Counted from the stretch's first letter, positions 38,701 to 47,805 are shown. The stretch is 64,000 nucleotides of DNA from Nitrospirota bacterium (GCA_016212105.1 JACRHJ010000046.1:30136-94135); one strand, 5' to 3'. The notes: generated by a model from the letters alone, not told the origin. Numbers and translations are program-made.

Positions 38701-41700
38701 AACTGGTCCACGGCGGAGACGGTGAACTGCCGGAGCTGCCACGCGGGCGACAAGACGGCGTCCCCGACGATAAACTCCGGGAAGCATACGCAGCACGTGA
38801 ACAACGCTGAGCTTGGCAGCTTCCGGTGCGCGCTCTGCCACGTGAAGACGGTCGCCACGAACACGGTGATAGACGGTTACGCCAAGCACGTGGATGGCAC
38901 CCGCAACGTGAACTTCACGACTATCACGGTGAGCAACTACACCGGCTTCTACACCGGCACGTACACCTGCCGGAACAACTACTGCCACAGCTCGGGCCAG
39001 GCGACACCGGCGTTCCGTACGGCGGCTGCCTGGAACAGCGCGACGGTTTACGGCTGCGACGACTGCCACGGCTCGGAGGGCACGACCTACGTGGCCGGCG
39101 CGCCGGAGTACGCTAACACCTCGACCTCCAACAGAAACAGCTTCAACGGGCATTACGTCTCCGGCCACGTCAGCGCCGTTGGCGACTGCATCGACTGCCA
39201 CAGGACTGTCGTGAACAACTTCGGTAACCTGACGACCGGCACGGTAAAGCACATCAACGGCACGATAGACATCGTGTTCAAGGGCGGCGGTTCATACGCC
39301 AACAAGCGCTGCTCCGGGACGGCGTCCTCCTGCCACGGCGCGACCACTCCACGCTGGGGCGGCAGCCTGGCCTGCGCCGACTGCCACCAGGTGACGGCGG
39401 CCGAGACCGACAACTTCAGCTACGGAGACGCGACCAAGGCTACCGTGAACTTCTACGAGTACACCTCCGTCGGACACGGCAAGAAGGGTACGTACAGGTA
39501 CACCGCCAACGCCGGCGCGAACCTCTCCTGCACCAGCACGAGCGACACCAACACCGTCGGCGGCTGCCACAGGGGCGTCACCGCGCACAACGTGACCGGC
39601 AACCCGTTCCGGCTCGTGTCCTCGGCCACGATCAAGCCGACCGTCCCGAACTCCCTGTGTGCGACGACCTGCCACACCTCGCCTGCCGTGCAGAACCACG
39701 TCAAGGCGATAACCGGCGGCACGAAGTACGCGACCTGGTTCTTCACGCCCAAGTGCGTGGACTGCCACGACCCGCACGGCGACAACGGCGGCAACGACAC
39801 GGCGCAGAGAAACTACATGATGGTGCAGAGCTTCGTCAACTACTCGACAGGCAGCAACGCCTACGGCGCGCCGTACCCGGCAGCGACATACCCGAGGCGC
39901 GCCATGGACTTCCCGGCCGAGACGACGAGGCCGGCGAGCCTGACGAGGTCGAGCTTCGTGACGGCTGGCTACGACGGCATCTGCCAGCTATGTCACAGGA
40001 GGAACTCCACCGTTGTGTTCGACAGGAACCAGAACCAGGCGCACAACGGCACGACCGTATGCACCGACTGCCATACCAGCTCGCTCGTCCACAACGAGGG
40101 CTTCAAGGGCGCTGGCGGCAGCTGCCTGGACTGCCACAACCAGGTCCAGAACAGCAGGCCTAGCATGCAGGCCGAGTTCGGCAAGACCTCGCACCACGTC
40201 AGCGCGTCCTGGGCGAGCTTCACGACAACGACGTGCTCGGTCTGCCATCTCGAGGGCGACTCGACCGGCGCGATTACGAGCTACCACAACAACAACGTTG
40301 GCGGGGGATACCCCGTCGACCTCAGGGTCATCGTCACGGTCGGGGCGACAGAGGCGACCACCGTCACGAACAACGCCAACTCGGTCCAGTTCTACTCCGG
40401 CCACGGGACCAACGGCGGGACCAGGAGCGCGGGCAACGCGGCCAACAGGCACTGCGGCGGATGCCACAACGAAACCAACGCCGCCTCGAAACCGTTCCCG
40501 ACGGCGGAGGCGACCGACCTGACGCCGGGCGCATACACCCCGACAAACGCCGGGTCTGTGTTCAAGCGCTATTCGTCGGCCACTACGACCAAGTCGCACC
40601 CGTACAACCCGAACACGTACAACGTCGTCGGCCAGCTGAACAAGGCGTACTCCCCGCACGGCCACCCGGAGAAGAACCAGATGAAGAACGTGGTCTCCGG
40701 CGCCTGGGTGGACGACACGCAGACAGTCTCGAACGCGGTAGGATGCCTGGACTGCCACAACAGCCACGGCTCCAACGCCGGCGCGGACGAGACCGGGCTG
40801 AACATGATAACCTACAACAGCGCGGTCGGCGGCTACTTCGGCGGCCTAATCAAGGAGGAATCGGCCTACGACCCGGACAAGTCGGGCACCACCTTCAATG
40901 CGGTATCCGACCTCTGCTTCGACTGCCACCTGGGCGACGACGCCAGCGCGCCCAAGAAATACTCGGACTTCGGCGTCGCGGCGGCCAGGCCTGTCAAGGA
41001 GTACTTCGACGCCGGCAGGTGGACGCCCAACTTCAGCAACGTCTCCAGCTCGTTCGCGTACAAGGCGGGCACTCTGGCGGCCAACTCCGGTAGGATAAAG
41101 GGCGGTCACTTCGGCGCCAGTGAAGCGCTCAGGGGCTCTGCTACAAACTCCGTGGGCGGCAGCTGTCTCGCATGCCACGACCCGCACGGCACGCCGTACA
41201 CGAACCTTGTCGGCCCGGGCAGCGAAAGGGCGTTCATGGCCCCGGCTCTCAAGGGTACATGGATGGCGTCTCCGTACAAGGAGGACCGCGTCGGCGAATA
41301 CGGCGCGAGCACGCTTGGCGACGCCAACCCGTACTCGTACAGCATGAATAAATCCGGGCGCGTCGGGCCGAGGGAGTCGCCAGCGTTCGCTTACAACAAC
41401 CCGGCCAAGGTTGGCGCGGGCTTCGGCACGGGCGCATCGGCATTCGGCATGTACGCCGCGGGCGGCAGCGGACATGACGGTTACTTCGTCGACGACAACA
41501 CGTTCGGCAACAGCGGCATAGGCTCCACGGCGAGCAACCCGTGGGCTTCGGCAATTACCGGCACGTATATCAGTCAGACCGACAGCCAGTTCGCCGGTCT
41601 GTGCCTGGGCTGCCACCCGCAGACAAACATCGATGCCGAGGTTGCCAGGACCGCGGGCGAGACCGGCAACGTCGCCATCAACGTCCACAGGACGGTTAAG

Positions 41701-42228
41701 GGCTGGGATACCATCGCGACGGCATCTGACTTCTTCAAGCCGGCGCACACCAACCAGCACCTGATGGCGTACAAGGCGACGGGCACGGACACCACCAACT
41801 GGTGCGGCACGACCCACGCGTACTACCCGGTGCCGTCCGGATACAGGTGGTCGGTCAACCCGGGCACGCAGATAACCATAGCCGCGGGCAGGCCGCCGTC
41901 GCCGAGCCAGCCCATGGTCGACCCGCCGAGCGGGGGCGGCGGACAGCAGGGCACCACGCCGCAGTCGACGTACCATCAGTTCCCGTGCGCGAAGTGCCAT
42001 GCTCCTCACGCGACGAAGCTCCCGAGGCTGATGAAGACGAACTGTCTCGACGTTGGCCCGACGGAATCGTCCGGGACGCATAAACCCAAGCATAACTCGT
42101 CGTTCAACATGGGCTACTGCGACGACGGCTCCGGAGTGGCGATATACAAGCGGTCTATGGTCTGCCATAACTCCAACAGGACGAACACATCCGGCGGAGG
42201 TGGCTGGAACATCAAGACAGGCTGGTAA
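35776..42228 (+). CDS. giant multiheme c-type cytochrome, ~2150 aa, ~40 heme-binding motifs
   Basis: The ATG at 35776 follows GGAGG, and the track ORF starts earlier at 35677. The signal peptide is IAALAAALIVMLSPGSALA. The motifs mix CXXCH with CX3/CX4CH, CX6CH and a C-terminal CX14CH. Aa ~330-400 are about 90% identical in DNA to the matching segment of the 1994-aa paralog. The C-terminal ~700 aa are Gly/Ser/Thr/Asn-rich. Confidence 0.85.
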   Translation: MRRIALEGSITYIAALAAALIVMLSPGSALAVKYWTNTGTVTATANGNAINVSATYTTGGTSCGNGGDTAPTFFVEWDVTPADWTGAGYGSSGGYNADTGGVSPYAYTTPNLAAGTYAVRVTYEDANGIASCGGGNVAVNAGSNVTLVANNLTVGTNSAVVNSSTQITASATFSDDINGNSNTSFRYSTNAGGPWTDKCLSVTGNSPRTCVIDGLSASTDYYVQVTHADADGVTGTNPQVVGPYTTQSAVACDPLVNDCSDCHAAPPADWDGISPKAGTTGHKGDHAVPAHTSDGARDKCAICHFKYSGMVNVTSAARWPVGHLNGILDIYTSNHVANKVFSAPYDKGIKGGYYKGYRNRSTIFEEKAANANNACTATYCHGAGDSPVWGTGTASCGSCHSLPPSAGKHATHSQGLVGHGNGNSGTTYDFGCYKCHSNTSGHSAGPVSANRAALVDFNNLSSPVNASGSYVEGALAGTDGTFKWTNGTCNGLYCHSTGKGGAPGTTATWNGTMAANCAGCHRGTTASGTPMNSGKHTQHMTSGAYNYACNKCHNDTTTTGTTVTNTAFHVNSSIDVKFEGQNPTGSYAGTTCSSMSCHSDGAGGTGSADWTGAAMTCTSCHKFNKAAAPNDITSGKHTQHINNGDLGKISCSQCHRLTVSAGDSPVTGYSRHVNAAKDVYFNALNTYTGFYTGAYTCRNNYCHSSGQATPTFRTADAWNGATTYTCNACHGADNYYTDVNGSPDYQNVSSSTRNSFNGHYLPGHVAATGDCIDCHRTVVNNFGNLTTGTVKHIDATRDVMFKGGGSYANKRCTNTNCHGTTAVRWGGKLPKDCQSCHSDQGAGSYANHSTTGKHRKHTDSATYNYACEVCHALLNASGNTDHAKGDVGANQAAQIVFHSATTAWRTKTYGSGGAAKRYVQMDSALGAAHSPVYAAGPASAGSDPVNVNRKWTQGRCTAIWCHSNGQSTPTYVNFANWSTAETVNCRSCHAGDKTASPTINSGKHTQHVNNAELGSFRCALCHVKTVATNTVIDGYAKHVDGTRNVNFTTITVSNYTGFYTGTYTCRNNYCHSSGQATPAFRTAAAWNSATVYGCDDCHGSEGTTYVAGAPEYANTSTSNRNSFNGHYVSGHVSAVGDCIDCHRTVVNNFGNLTTGTVKHINGTIDIVFKGGGSYANKRCSGTASSCHGATTPRWGGSLACADCHQVTAAETDNFSYGDATKATVNFYEYTSVGHGKKGTYRYTANAGANLSCTSTSDTNTVGGCHRGVTAHNVTGNPFRLVSSATIKPTVPNSLCATTCHTSPAVQNHVKAITGGTKYATWFFTPKCVDCHDPHGDNGGNDTAQRNYMMVQSFVNYSTGSNAYGAPYPAATYPRRAMDFPAETTRPASLTRSSFVTAGYDGICQLCHRRNSTVVFDRNQNQAHNGTTVCTDCHTSSLVHNEGFKGAGGSCLDCHNQVQNSRPSMQAEFGKTSHHVSASWASFTTTTCSVCHLEGDSTGAITSYHNNNVGGGYPVDLRVIVTVGATEATTVTNNANSVQFYSGHGTNGGTRSAGNAANRHCGGCHNETNAASKPFPTAEATDLTPGAYTPTNAGSVFKRYSSATTTKSHPYNPNTYNVVGQLNKAYSPHGHPEKNQMKNVVSGAWVDDTQTVSNAVGCLDCHNSHGSNAGADETGLNMITYNSAVGGYFGGLIKEESAYDPDKSGTTFNAVSDLCFDCHLGDDASAPKKYSDFGVAAARPVKEYFDAGRWTPNFSNVSSSFAYKAGTLAANSGRIKGGHFGASEALRGSATNSVGGSCLACHDPHGTPYTNLVGPGSERAFMAPALKGTWMASPYKEDRVGEYGASTLGDANPYSYSMNKSGRVGPRESPAFAYNNPAKVGAGFGTGASAFGMYAAGGSGHDGYFVDDNTFGNSGIGSTASNPWASAITGTYISQTDSQFAGLCLGCHPQTNIDAEVARTAGETGNVAINVHRTVKGWDTIATASDFFKPAHTNQHLMAYKATGTDTTNWCGTTHAYYPVPSGYRWSVNPGTQITIAAGRPPSPSQPMVDPPSGGGGQQGTTPQSTYHQFPCAKCHAPHATKLPRLMKTNCLDVGPTESSGTHKPKHNSSFNMGYCDDGSGVAIYKRSMVCHNSNRTNTSGGGGWNIKTGW

Positions 42229-42240
42229 CACAACAACCTC

Positions 42241-42267
42241 GCGGGGAGGCCGATACGGCCTCCCCGC
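42241..42267 (+). terminator. stem-loop (gcggggaggccg-ata-cggcctccccgc) after cytochrome 3; weak U-tract
   Basis: It is a 12-bp perfect stem that is followed 24 nt later by AAGGAGG and the HEAT-protein ATG. Confidence 0.4.
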
Positions 42268-42291
42268 TTCATTACAAGGAGGTTAAACGGT

Positions 42292-43551
42292 ATGAGACGC
42301 CAGTTTATCATACCTGCCATGACTGCGGCGTTCATCGCCGCCGCCATGACGTACGCGTCCGTCGCGCCGTGCGCGACGGTCAGGGACCAGGACGGCAAGG
42401 TAGTGCTGGAGATTAAGGGAGCAGGGAGCGTGCCTAGGCTGATACCGCTCCTCGGGGACGACAGGCCGGAGGTCAGCGCACAGGCCATGGACGCCCTTGT
42501 GGAGATGGACGGTGACGCCGTGCCTGAGCTTATAGTGGAGCTGAAAGGGCCGAGGTTCAGAGAGGTTGCCATAGCCCTTGGGAAGATAAAGGATGCTCGC
42601 GCCGTAGTGCCGCTGTCAGAGTACATAAACGACATCACCTGGGAGAAGGCCGGGGTCGCAAGGGGCGCGCTGAGGGAGTTGGGCGACGCATCCGTACCGA
42701 GGATGGCGGAGCTTCTGAAAGACTCACGTTACCGGGATGCCGCTGCCGACGTGCTCCAGTACCTGAGCGGACCGCGCGCCGTCGAGGCCGTAGCGCCGCT
42801 TGCGGCGGATATCGACCCAGCCGTGCGCGGCGCGGCCATTCTGCTCCTGGTGAAGCTCGGGGCTCCTGGGGCGGGTGATGTTATACGTGGGGGGCTGACA
42901 GACAATGACCCGGCCGTGCGAGCGAAGGCCGCGGAGGCCTACATGGTCTCAGGCGAACGCGAAAGGCAGCTGCTTTACGGGATGCTCAAGGACGGTGACC
43001 TCGGCGTAAGGACGCTCGCGGCCAACATGCTTGAGGCCGCGCCGCACATGGAAAACTTTGGCCCGCTACTCGAATGCTACAGGGTTGAGAAGGACGGCAT
43101 GGCGAGGTCTATCGAGCTGTCCGCCCTGGGCGAGACCGGCGATGCGCGTGCCGTTCCCCTGATGCTGGAGGCGCTGGGGGATGGCAGCGAAGAGGTGGTC
43201 CTTTCAGCGCTGGTCTATTTTACCGAGCACCGCGACGAGCGGTCGGTCCCGGCGATACTGAAACTCTACGAAGGCCCGAAACATCCAGAAAACCCGCACG
43301 TGCTGATCTTTTCGCTCGACGCCCTGAAGTATCATAACTACAAAGGCGCGCATGGATTCGTCCTGGGTTACCTGGGAGAAGGCTGGCATTTCAAGCACAA
43401 GTCCGCAGCCCTGAACTACCTTGCCGAGACCGCGAGCGAGGGTGACACGAGTGTAGCTGACGCGGTAAGACGTATGCTCGGGAATGAGACCGACCTGACA
43501 CTCCGCGCCGCCGCCGACAGGGTGCTGAAGAGGGTCGGGCAGCTACCGTAG
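42292..43551 (+). CDS. secreted HEAT-repeat protein (PBS-lyase/E-Z type HEAT-like repeats)
   Basis: It has a signal peptide (AAFIAAAMTYASVA) and repeated ~30-aa units of the form [LV]..LL.D.D..VR..A..AL..xG (DPAVRGAAILLLVKLG, DNDPAVRAKAAEAY, DGDLGVRTLAANML...). Confidence 0.6.
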   Translation: MRRQFIIPAMTAAFIAAAMTYASVAPCATVRDQDGKVVLEIKGAGSVPRLIPLLGDDRPEVSAQAMDALVEMDGDAVPELIVELKGPRFREVAIALGKIKDARAVVPLSEYINDITWEKAGVARGALRELGDASVPRMAELLKDSRYRDAAADVLQYLSGPRAVEAVAPLAADIDPAVRGAAILLLVKLGAPGAGDVIRGGLTDNDPAVRAKAAEAYMVSGERERQLLYGMLKDGDLGVRTLAANMLEAAPHMENFGPLLECYRVEKDGMARSIELSALGETGDARAVPLMLEALGDGSEEVVLSALVYFTEHRDERSVPAILKLYEGPKHPENPHVLIFSLDALKYHNYKGAHGFVLGYLGEGWHFKHKSAALNYLAETASEGDTSVADAVRRMLGNETDLTLRAAADRVLKRVGQLP

Positions 43552-45426
43552 GCTTTCGTAAAGAGACCTCGCCCGCGTATCCCCGGGAGCAAGCTCCATT
43601 GCCCGACTGACCGACATCCGTGCCTGCTCGTTCATCCCCTGGGCAGCAAGCGCGGCTCCAAGGTACAGGTGGGCTTCCGCGTTGCCGGGAGCGGCATTCA
43701 CAGCCTTGCCGAGCGCCTCTGCGGCGCCCGCGAAGTCCTTCCTCTCGCCAAGTATCATACCCTGCTGCAGAAATGCTTCGTAAAGGAACGGGTCCGCCTC
43801 CCCAGCGCGTACCATGTACCCGAGGGCCGCGTCGGTTTCCCCTTTGGACAGCAGGACCCGTCCCATGTTCAGAAGCTGGAGCGCGCCGCGCGGGTTCAGC
43901 TCGATCGCCTTGTCGAGCGACCGCATAGCCCCATCGACATCGCCCTCCTCGAACCGCACCGCTGCAAGGTTGGTGTAGTACATGTCGCTGGAAAACCCGA
44001 GCGCGGCCGCTTTGGCGAGCGCCTTTCCTGCATGGCCGTACAGCCCGCGCTCGATATACACCGAGGCGAGTGTATACTGCACGTTGCCGTCGTCAGGGGC
44101 GGTCCTCGCGGCCTCCTCCAGGATGGCGGTGGCCTCTTCCTGCCTGCCGAGCACCATGTATGCCTGGGCCAGGTTCAGGTGGCTCTTTACGTAGCCCGGG
44201 AAGACGTCCAGAAGCCTCATGTTAATCTCCACAAGCTCTTCGTGCACTGTCAGGTTGTCTTTCCATACCTGGTTGCGGGAAATCGTCAGGAATGCAAGAC
44301 ATGCGAGCGTTACCGCGAGGAGCGTATTAGAAAAACCTCGTAATGCGGAACCTGGCATCCCGGATAAGGCCATGCCAATGGCCGCACATGAACCGGCGAG
44401 AGGGAGGTACATCGCCCGTTCCGTCATCGCCACCTCGGTGGGTATTATATTGGCCACTGGGAGAAGCGCCGAGAAGAACCAGGCGATGAAGAACACTGCC
44501 TCGGGCCTGCGCCTGAGCAGATAAGGCGTGGCGGCGATCAACAGCCCGAATGTCAACAGTGAGAGCAGCACCTGCGGGGAGAGCGGGTCTGGCGGGGCGT
44601 ACATGTACTGGGCCCTGAGGTCGAAGGGCAGGATGGAAAGCCTTACGTAATGCAGGAATGCCTCCAGCATCATGAGGAAACGCTCGCCGACGGTGATGCC
44701 CTTGAACATATGCTCGGCGGGCGCCGCCTCCCCTTGCAGGACCAGCAGGCGGACGGGTATGTATACCGCGAGTACAGCAAGGCACGGCGCAATATCTTTA
44801 ATTAGAGCCCAGATGCGACGCTGCTTCTTTATGGTGAGGCCGTGCAGTAATATGAGCAGAGGGAGCACTGCCGCTGTCTCTTTTGAGAGCAGCCCCAGCA
44901 GAAACAGGACGGGCATGACGACAAACCGCCACGGCCTCTCGTCGTGCCTGATATAAACAAGAAAACCTGCCAGCACGAACGCCGAGCCCAGCAGCTCAGC
45001 CCTCCCGGACACCCATGCGACCGCCTCCGAGTGCCCAGGGTGGGCCGCGAAAATTAGTGCCCCGAAAAAGGCGGCCCTGCCCTGGGGCAGAAGCTCGCTC
45101 AGGACGAAGTACACGAGCAGGGTGCACATTGCGTGCAGCAGGACGTTGTTCAGGTGGTATACGAGCGGGTTGGTCCCTCCTATACTGCGCTCTGCCATGA
45201 ACGACAGTATTGTGAGCGGTCTGTAAAGCCCGCCGGTCTTGCCCAGCGCGTACCAGTAGCCTGACGAGAAGATATCCCGGAGCCTGTCCCAGCCGAGGGT
45301 GAGGGGGTTGTTTGTAACAAGGTAGATGTCGTCCCAGGCGAACGTGTTCGACAGCGCGTTGAAATACGACGCCAGTACGGCGATGAACAGCGCGGCACAG
45401 TGTATTGCTTCTCTTTTGTGTTTCAT
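43543..45426 (-). CDS. TMTC/DUF1736-type GT-C glycosyltransferase-like membrane protein with C-terminal TPR repeats
   Basis: It has an N-terminal ~11-TM domain. The first-loop motif is FAWDD and the second conserved motif is AHPGHSEAVAWVSGRAELL, as in TMTC O-mannosyltransferases. At least 6 C-terminal TPRs follow. Confidence 0.65.
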   Translation of the reverse strand: MKHKREAIHCAALFIAVLASYFNALSNTFAWDDIYLVTNNPLTLGWDRLRDIFSSGYWYALGKTGGLYRPLTILSFMAERSIGGTNPLVYHLNNVLLHAMCTLLVYFVLSELLPQGRAAFFGALIFAAHPGHSEAVAWVSGRAELLGSAFVLAGFLVYIRHDERPWRFVVMPVLFLLGLLSKETAAVLPLLILLHGLTIKKQRRIWALIKDIAPCLAVLAVYIPVRLLVLQGEAAPAEHMFKGITVGERFLMMLEAFLHYVRLSILPFDLRAQYMYAPPDPLSPQVLLSLLTFGLLIAATPYLLRRRPEAVFFIAWFFSALLPVANIIPTEVAMTERAMYLPLAGSCAAIGMALSGMPGSALRGFSNTLLAVTLACLAFLTISRNQVWKDNLTVHEELVEINMRLLDVFPGYVKSHLNLAQAYMVLGRQEEATAILEEAARTAPDDGNVQYTLASVYIERGLYGHAGKALAKAAALGFSSDMYYTNLAAVRFEEGDVDGAMRSLDKAIELNPRGALQLLNMGRVLLSKGETDAALGYMVRAGEADPFLYEAFLQQGMILGERKDFAGAAEALGKAVNAAPGNAEAHLYLGAALAAQGMNEQARMSVSRAMELAPGDTRARSLYESLR

Positions 45427-45726
45427 GAATATGCCGGTGTACTACCCGTTATAATCGCTATGCATTTCTGAACCATTGGAAATTATAACTTAAAAGTTTA
45501 AACACTGCCAAACAATAAACGCGAGTGAACTTAAATGACAGATGCATTGGCGGGCTATCGATTTATCGTGTAAACAATTTCCGGTCCTTTAATGATGAGT
45601 TTGCTGGCAGCGGAATTATGGGCATCCGCATACAGGATGTAGACAGTTATAAACCTGGTTACGCGGGTCTCGGGTCAACTGTAATAATATCTTGAACTGA
45701 CTGTCAACCGGTAGTGACCTAACAAT

Positions 45727-47805
45727 TTAATAATATATCGGCGGCGGCTGAGGCATACCAGCCACAGTGGTGATGACCCCGTTTGTGTCCACCTTCCTGA
45801 CATAGACGCCGTCGAGGAAGAACAAGTTCCCGTTTGCGTCGACCACCAGTTTTTTGGGCCCTTCAAGGGATGCCGAGGTCGCCGGTCCGCCGTCCCCGGT
45901 ATGGCCCTTGGTACCGTCTCCCGCGACAGTCGATATGATGCCGTTGGTGTCTACCTTCCTTATCCTGTAATTCTCTGTGTCGGATATGTACAAGTTGCCT
46001 GACGAGTCGAAGGCGACACTATATGGTTCGCGCAGGCTGGACTCGTTTGCCGGTACGCCGTCGCCGGAGTAGCCTGGGGAGCCGTCCCCGGCCACCGTCG
46101 ATATCGTCCCGTCAGAGTCCACTCGCCTTATGCGGCTGTTCACGGTATCCGCTATGAACAGCCTGCCGGATACGTCGAAAGCAAGCCCGGACGCTTCTCT
46201 CAGGCAGGCTTCGGTGGCGGGTCCGCCGTCGCCCGCATCTTGGCAGGGCTTACTTGGTCTTGAGTTGTCCTTGTCTGAACGCTTCCCCGCTTCTGTTCTC
46301 GTGATTCCGCTGTTGTCAATCCTGTTGACCACGTTCGCGAAATCAAATGACACGTATATGTTCCCTTGCGTGTCCAAGGCAATGCATTTGGGTGTAGATG
46401 GCCAGCCTGCAACTTTGGTATCGCCTCCGGGAACGGTATCAATCGTGCCGTCCGTGCTTACACGTCTTATGCGGTTGTTGAACGAGTCCGTGAAATACAG
46501 GTTGAAATTGTCGTCAACGGCGATGTCCATTGGGCCGTATAACCCGGCGTTCAAAGCGGAGCAACCGTCGCCGGAGAACGAGCCAGTCCCCGTACCGGCG
46601 AGGGGAGTCACAAGGCCGTCCGGGCTGACCTTGACAATCCTGTTCCCATTTCTCTCTGTAATGTACAGGTTACCCATGTTATCGACCGCGAGGCCGGCCG
46701 GGTTGTTAAATACGTATTTCAGGGCGTCGCCATCGTCGCGCCACCTCTTGTACTTGCCAGCGACCGTCGTGAGTACGCCGTCCCTGTCTATCTTCCGTAT
46801 CATACAGTTGTAGGTATCCGCAAAGTACACGCTTCCGTCAGGGCCGATGCAGACCGCGTACGGCTCGTTGACGTTAGAGCCCGTCGACTGGCAGCCATTT
46901 ACGGAAAATCCGGATATGCCGTTTCCGGCGATGTCGGTTATGCTGCCGTCCGTATCCACCTTTCTGATTCGGTTGTTACGTGTATCGGCTATGTATACAT
47001 TGCCATCGTTGTCTACTGCGACTCCATATGGGTTGTAAAGTCCGGTATCAAGCGCGTCTCCCTTGTCTTTCAGCATGCGGGGAGGGGACTTGTAGCCATA
47101 TGACTTGTAATACCCCGCCACCAGCTCCTTAACGCCGTCCCTGCCAACCCTTACTATGCAGTTGCCCTCCGTGGCATAAAGGTTGTCGTATCTGTCGAAT
47201 GCTACGTTTACCGGACCGCTCTTCCATTCCATGAATGTCGTGATTATACCGTCAGTGTCTACCCTCCTTATGCGGTTGTTGATACTGTCGGCTATGTACA
47301 TGTTGCCAGAGGAGTCGAAGGCGACCCCCCACGTCATCGAGAGCTTTGCCGTGGAAGCCGGGCCACCGTCTCCGGAGAAGCCGGGCTCACCGGTACCGGC
47401 AACAGTAGTTATCATGCCTTCCGTATCCACCTTCCTGACCCTTAAGCCGTCTGCTATATACAAATTACGCGATTTGTCGAATGCTAGGCCGTGAGGATAG
47501 CATATAACCGCCGATGTCGCGGGACCACCGTCTCCTATATCTGCCGCAGTGGCGCCGTATCTTCCGCCTCCCGCGACAGTCGTGATTATCCCGGCCTTGT
47601 CGACCTTCCGTATTCGGCGGTTCTCGGTGTCTGAAATATACAGGTTGCCGTGCTCGTCGGCAACTATGCCGTACGGGAAATACAGGCTGGCCTCCGTTGC
47701 CGGGCCGCCGTCACCGGAAAAGTAATATGATTCACCGGATGCGTGCGCCATCTCGCCTTGGAAGACTATTACCGCAATGCTTATAACAGCAAGAAGGTAG
47801 CTCAT
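45727..47805 (-). CDS. NHL-repeat beta-propeller protein (secreted), 692 aa
   Basis: The ATG at 47805 overlaps the upstream gene's stop by 4 nt (ATGA). It has a signal peptide (MSYLLAVISIAVIVFQGEMAHA) and more than 12 NHL repeats (LYIADxxNxRIRKVDxxGxITTVAG). Confidence 0.75.
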   Translation of the reverse strand: MSYLLAVISIAVIVFQGEMAHASGESYYFSGDGGPATEASLYFPYGIVADEHGNLYISDTENRRIRKVDKAGIITTVAGGGRYGATAADIGDGGPATSAVICYPHGLAFDKSRNLYIADGLRVRKVDTEGMITTVAGTGEPGFSGDGGPASTAKLSMTWGVAFDSSGNMYIADSINNRIRRVDTDGIITTFMEWKSGPVNVAFDRYDNLYATEGNCIVRVGRDGVKELVAGYYKSYGYKSPPRMLKDKGDALDTGLYNPYGVAVDNDGNVYIADTRNNRIRKVDTDGSITDIAGNGISGFSVNGCQSTGSNVNEPYAVCIGPDGSVYFADTYNCMIRKIDRDGVLTTVAGKYKRWRDDGDALKYVFNNPAGLAVDNMGNLYITERNGNRIVKVSPDGLVTPLAGTGTGSFSGDGCSALNAGLYGPMDIAVDDNFNLYFTDSFNNRIRRVSTDGTIDTVPGGDTKVAGWPSTPKCIALDTQGNIYVSFDFANVVNRIDNSGITRTEAGKRSDKDNSRPSKPCQDAGDGGPATEACLREASGLAFDVSGRLFIADTVNSRIRRVDSDGTISTVAGDGSPGYSGDGVPANESSLREPYSVAFDSSGNLYISDTENYRIRKVDTNGIISTVAGDGTKGHTGDGGPATSASLEGPKKLVVDANGNLFFLDGVYVRKVDTNGVITTVAGMPQPPPIYY

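Noticed and set aside
29579-42228. Possible CRISPR-like periodicity or an array inside the cytochrome region.
   Set aside because: The repeats are about 1.4 kb long, in-frame and coding, and each unit is a heme-binding module. There are no short direct repeats with unique spacers and no cas genes.
45427-45726. A 300-bp AT-rich gap between the GT-C/TPR gene and the NHL gene, considered as a possible att site or mobile-element remnant.
   Set aside because: It has no direct or inverted terminal repeats and no integrase or transposase nearby. It is better read as the divergent regulatory region and 3' end of the long minus-strand operon.
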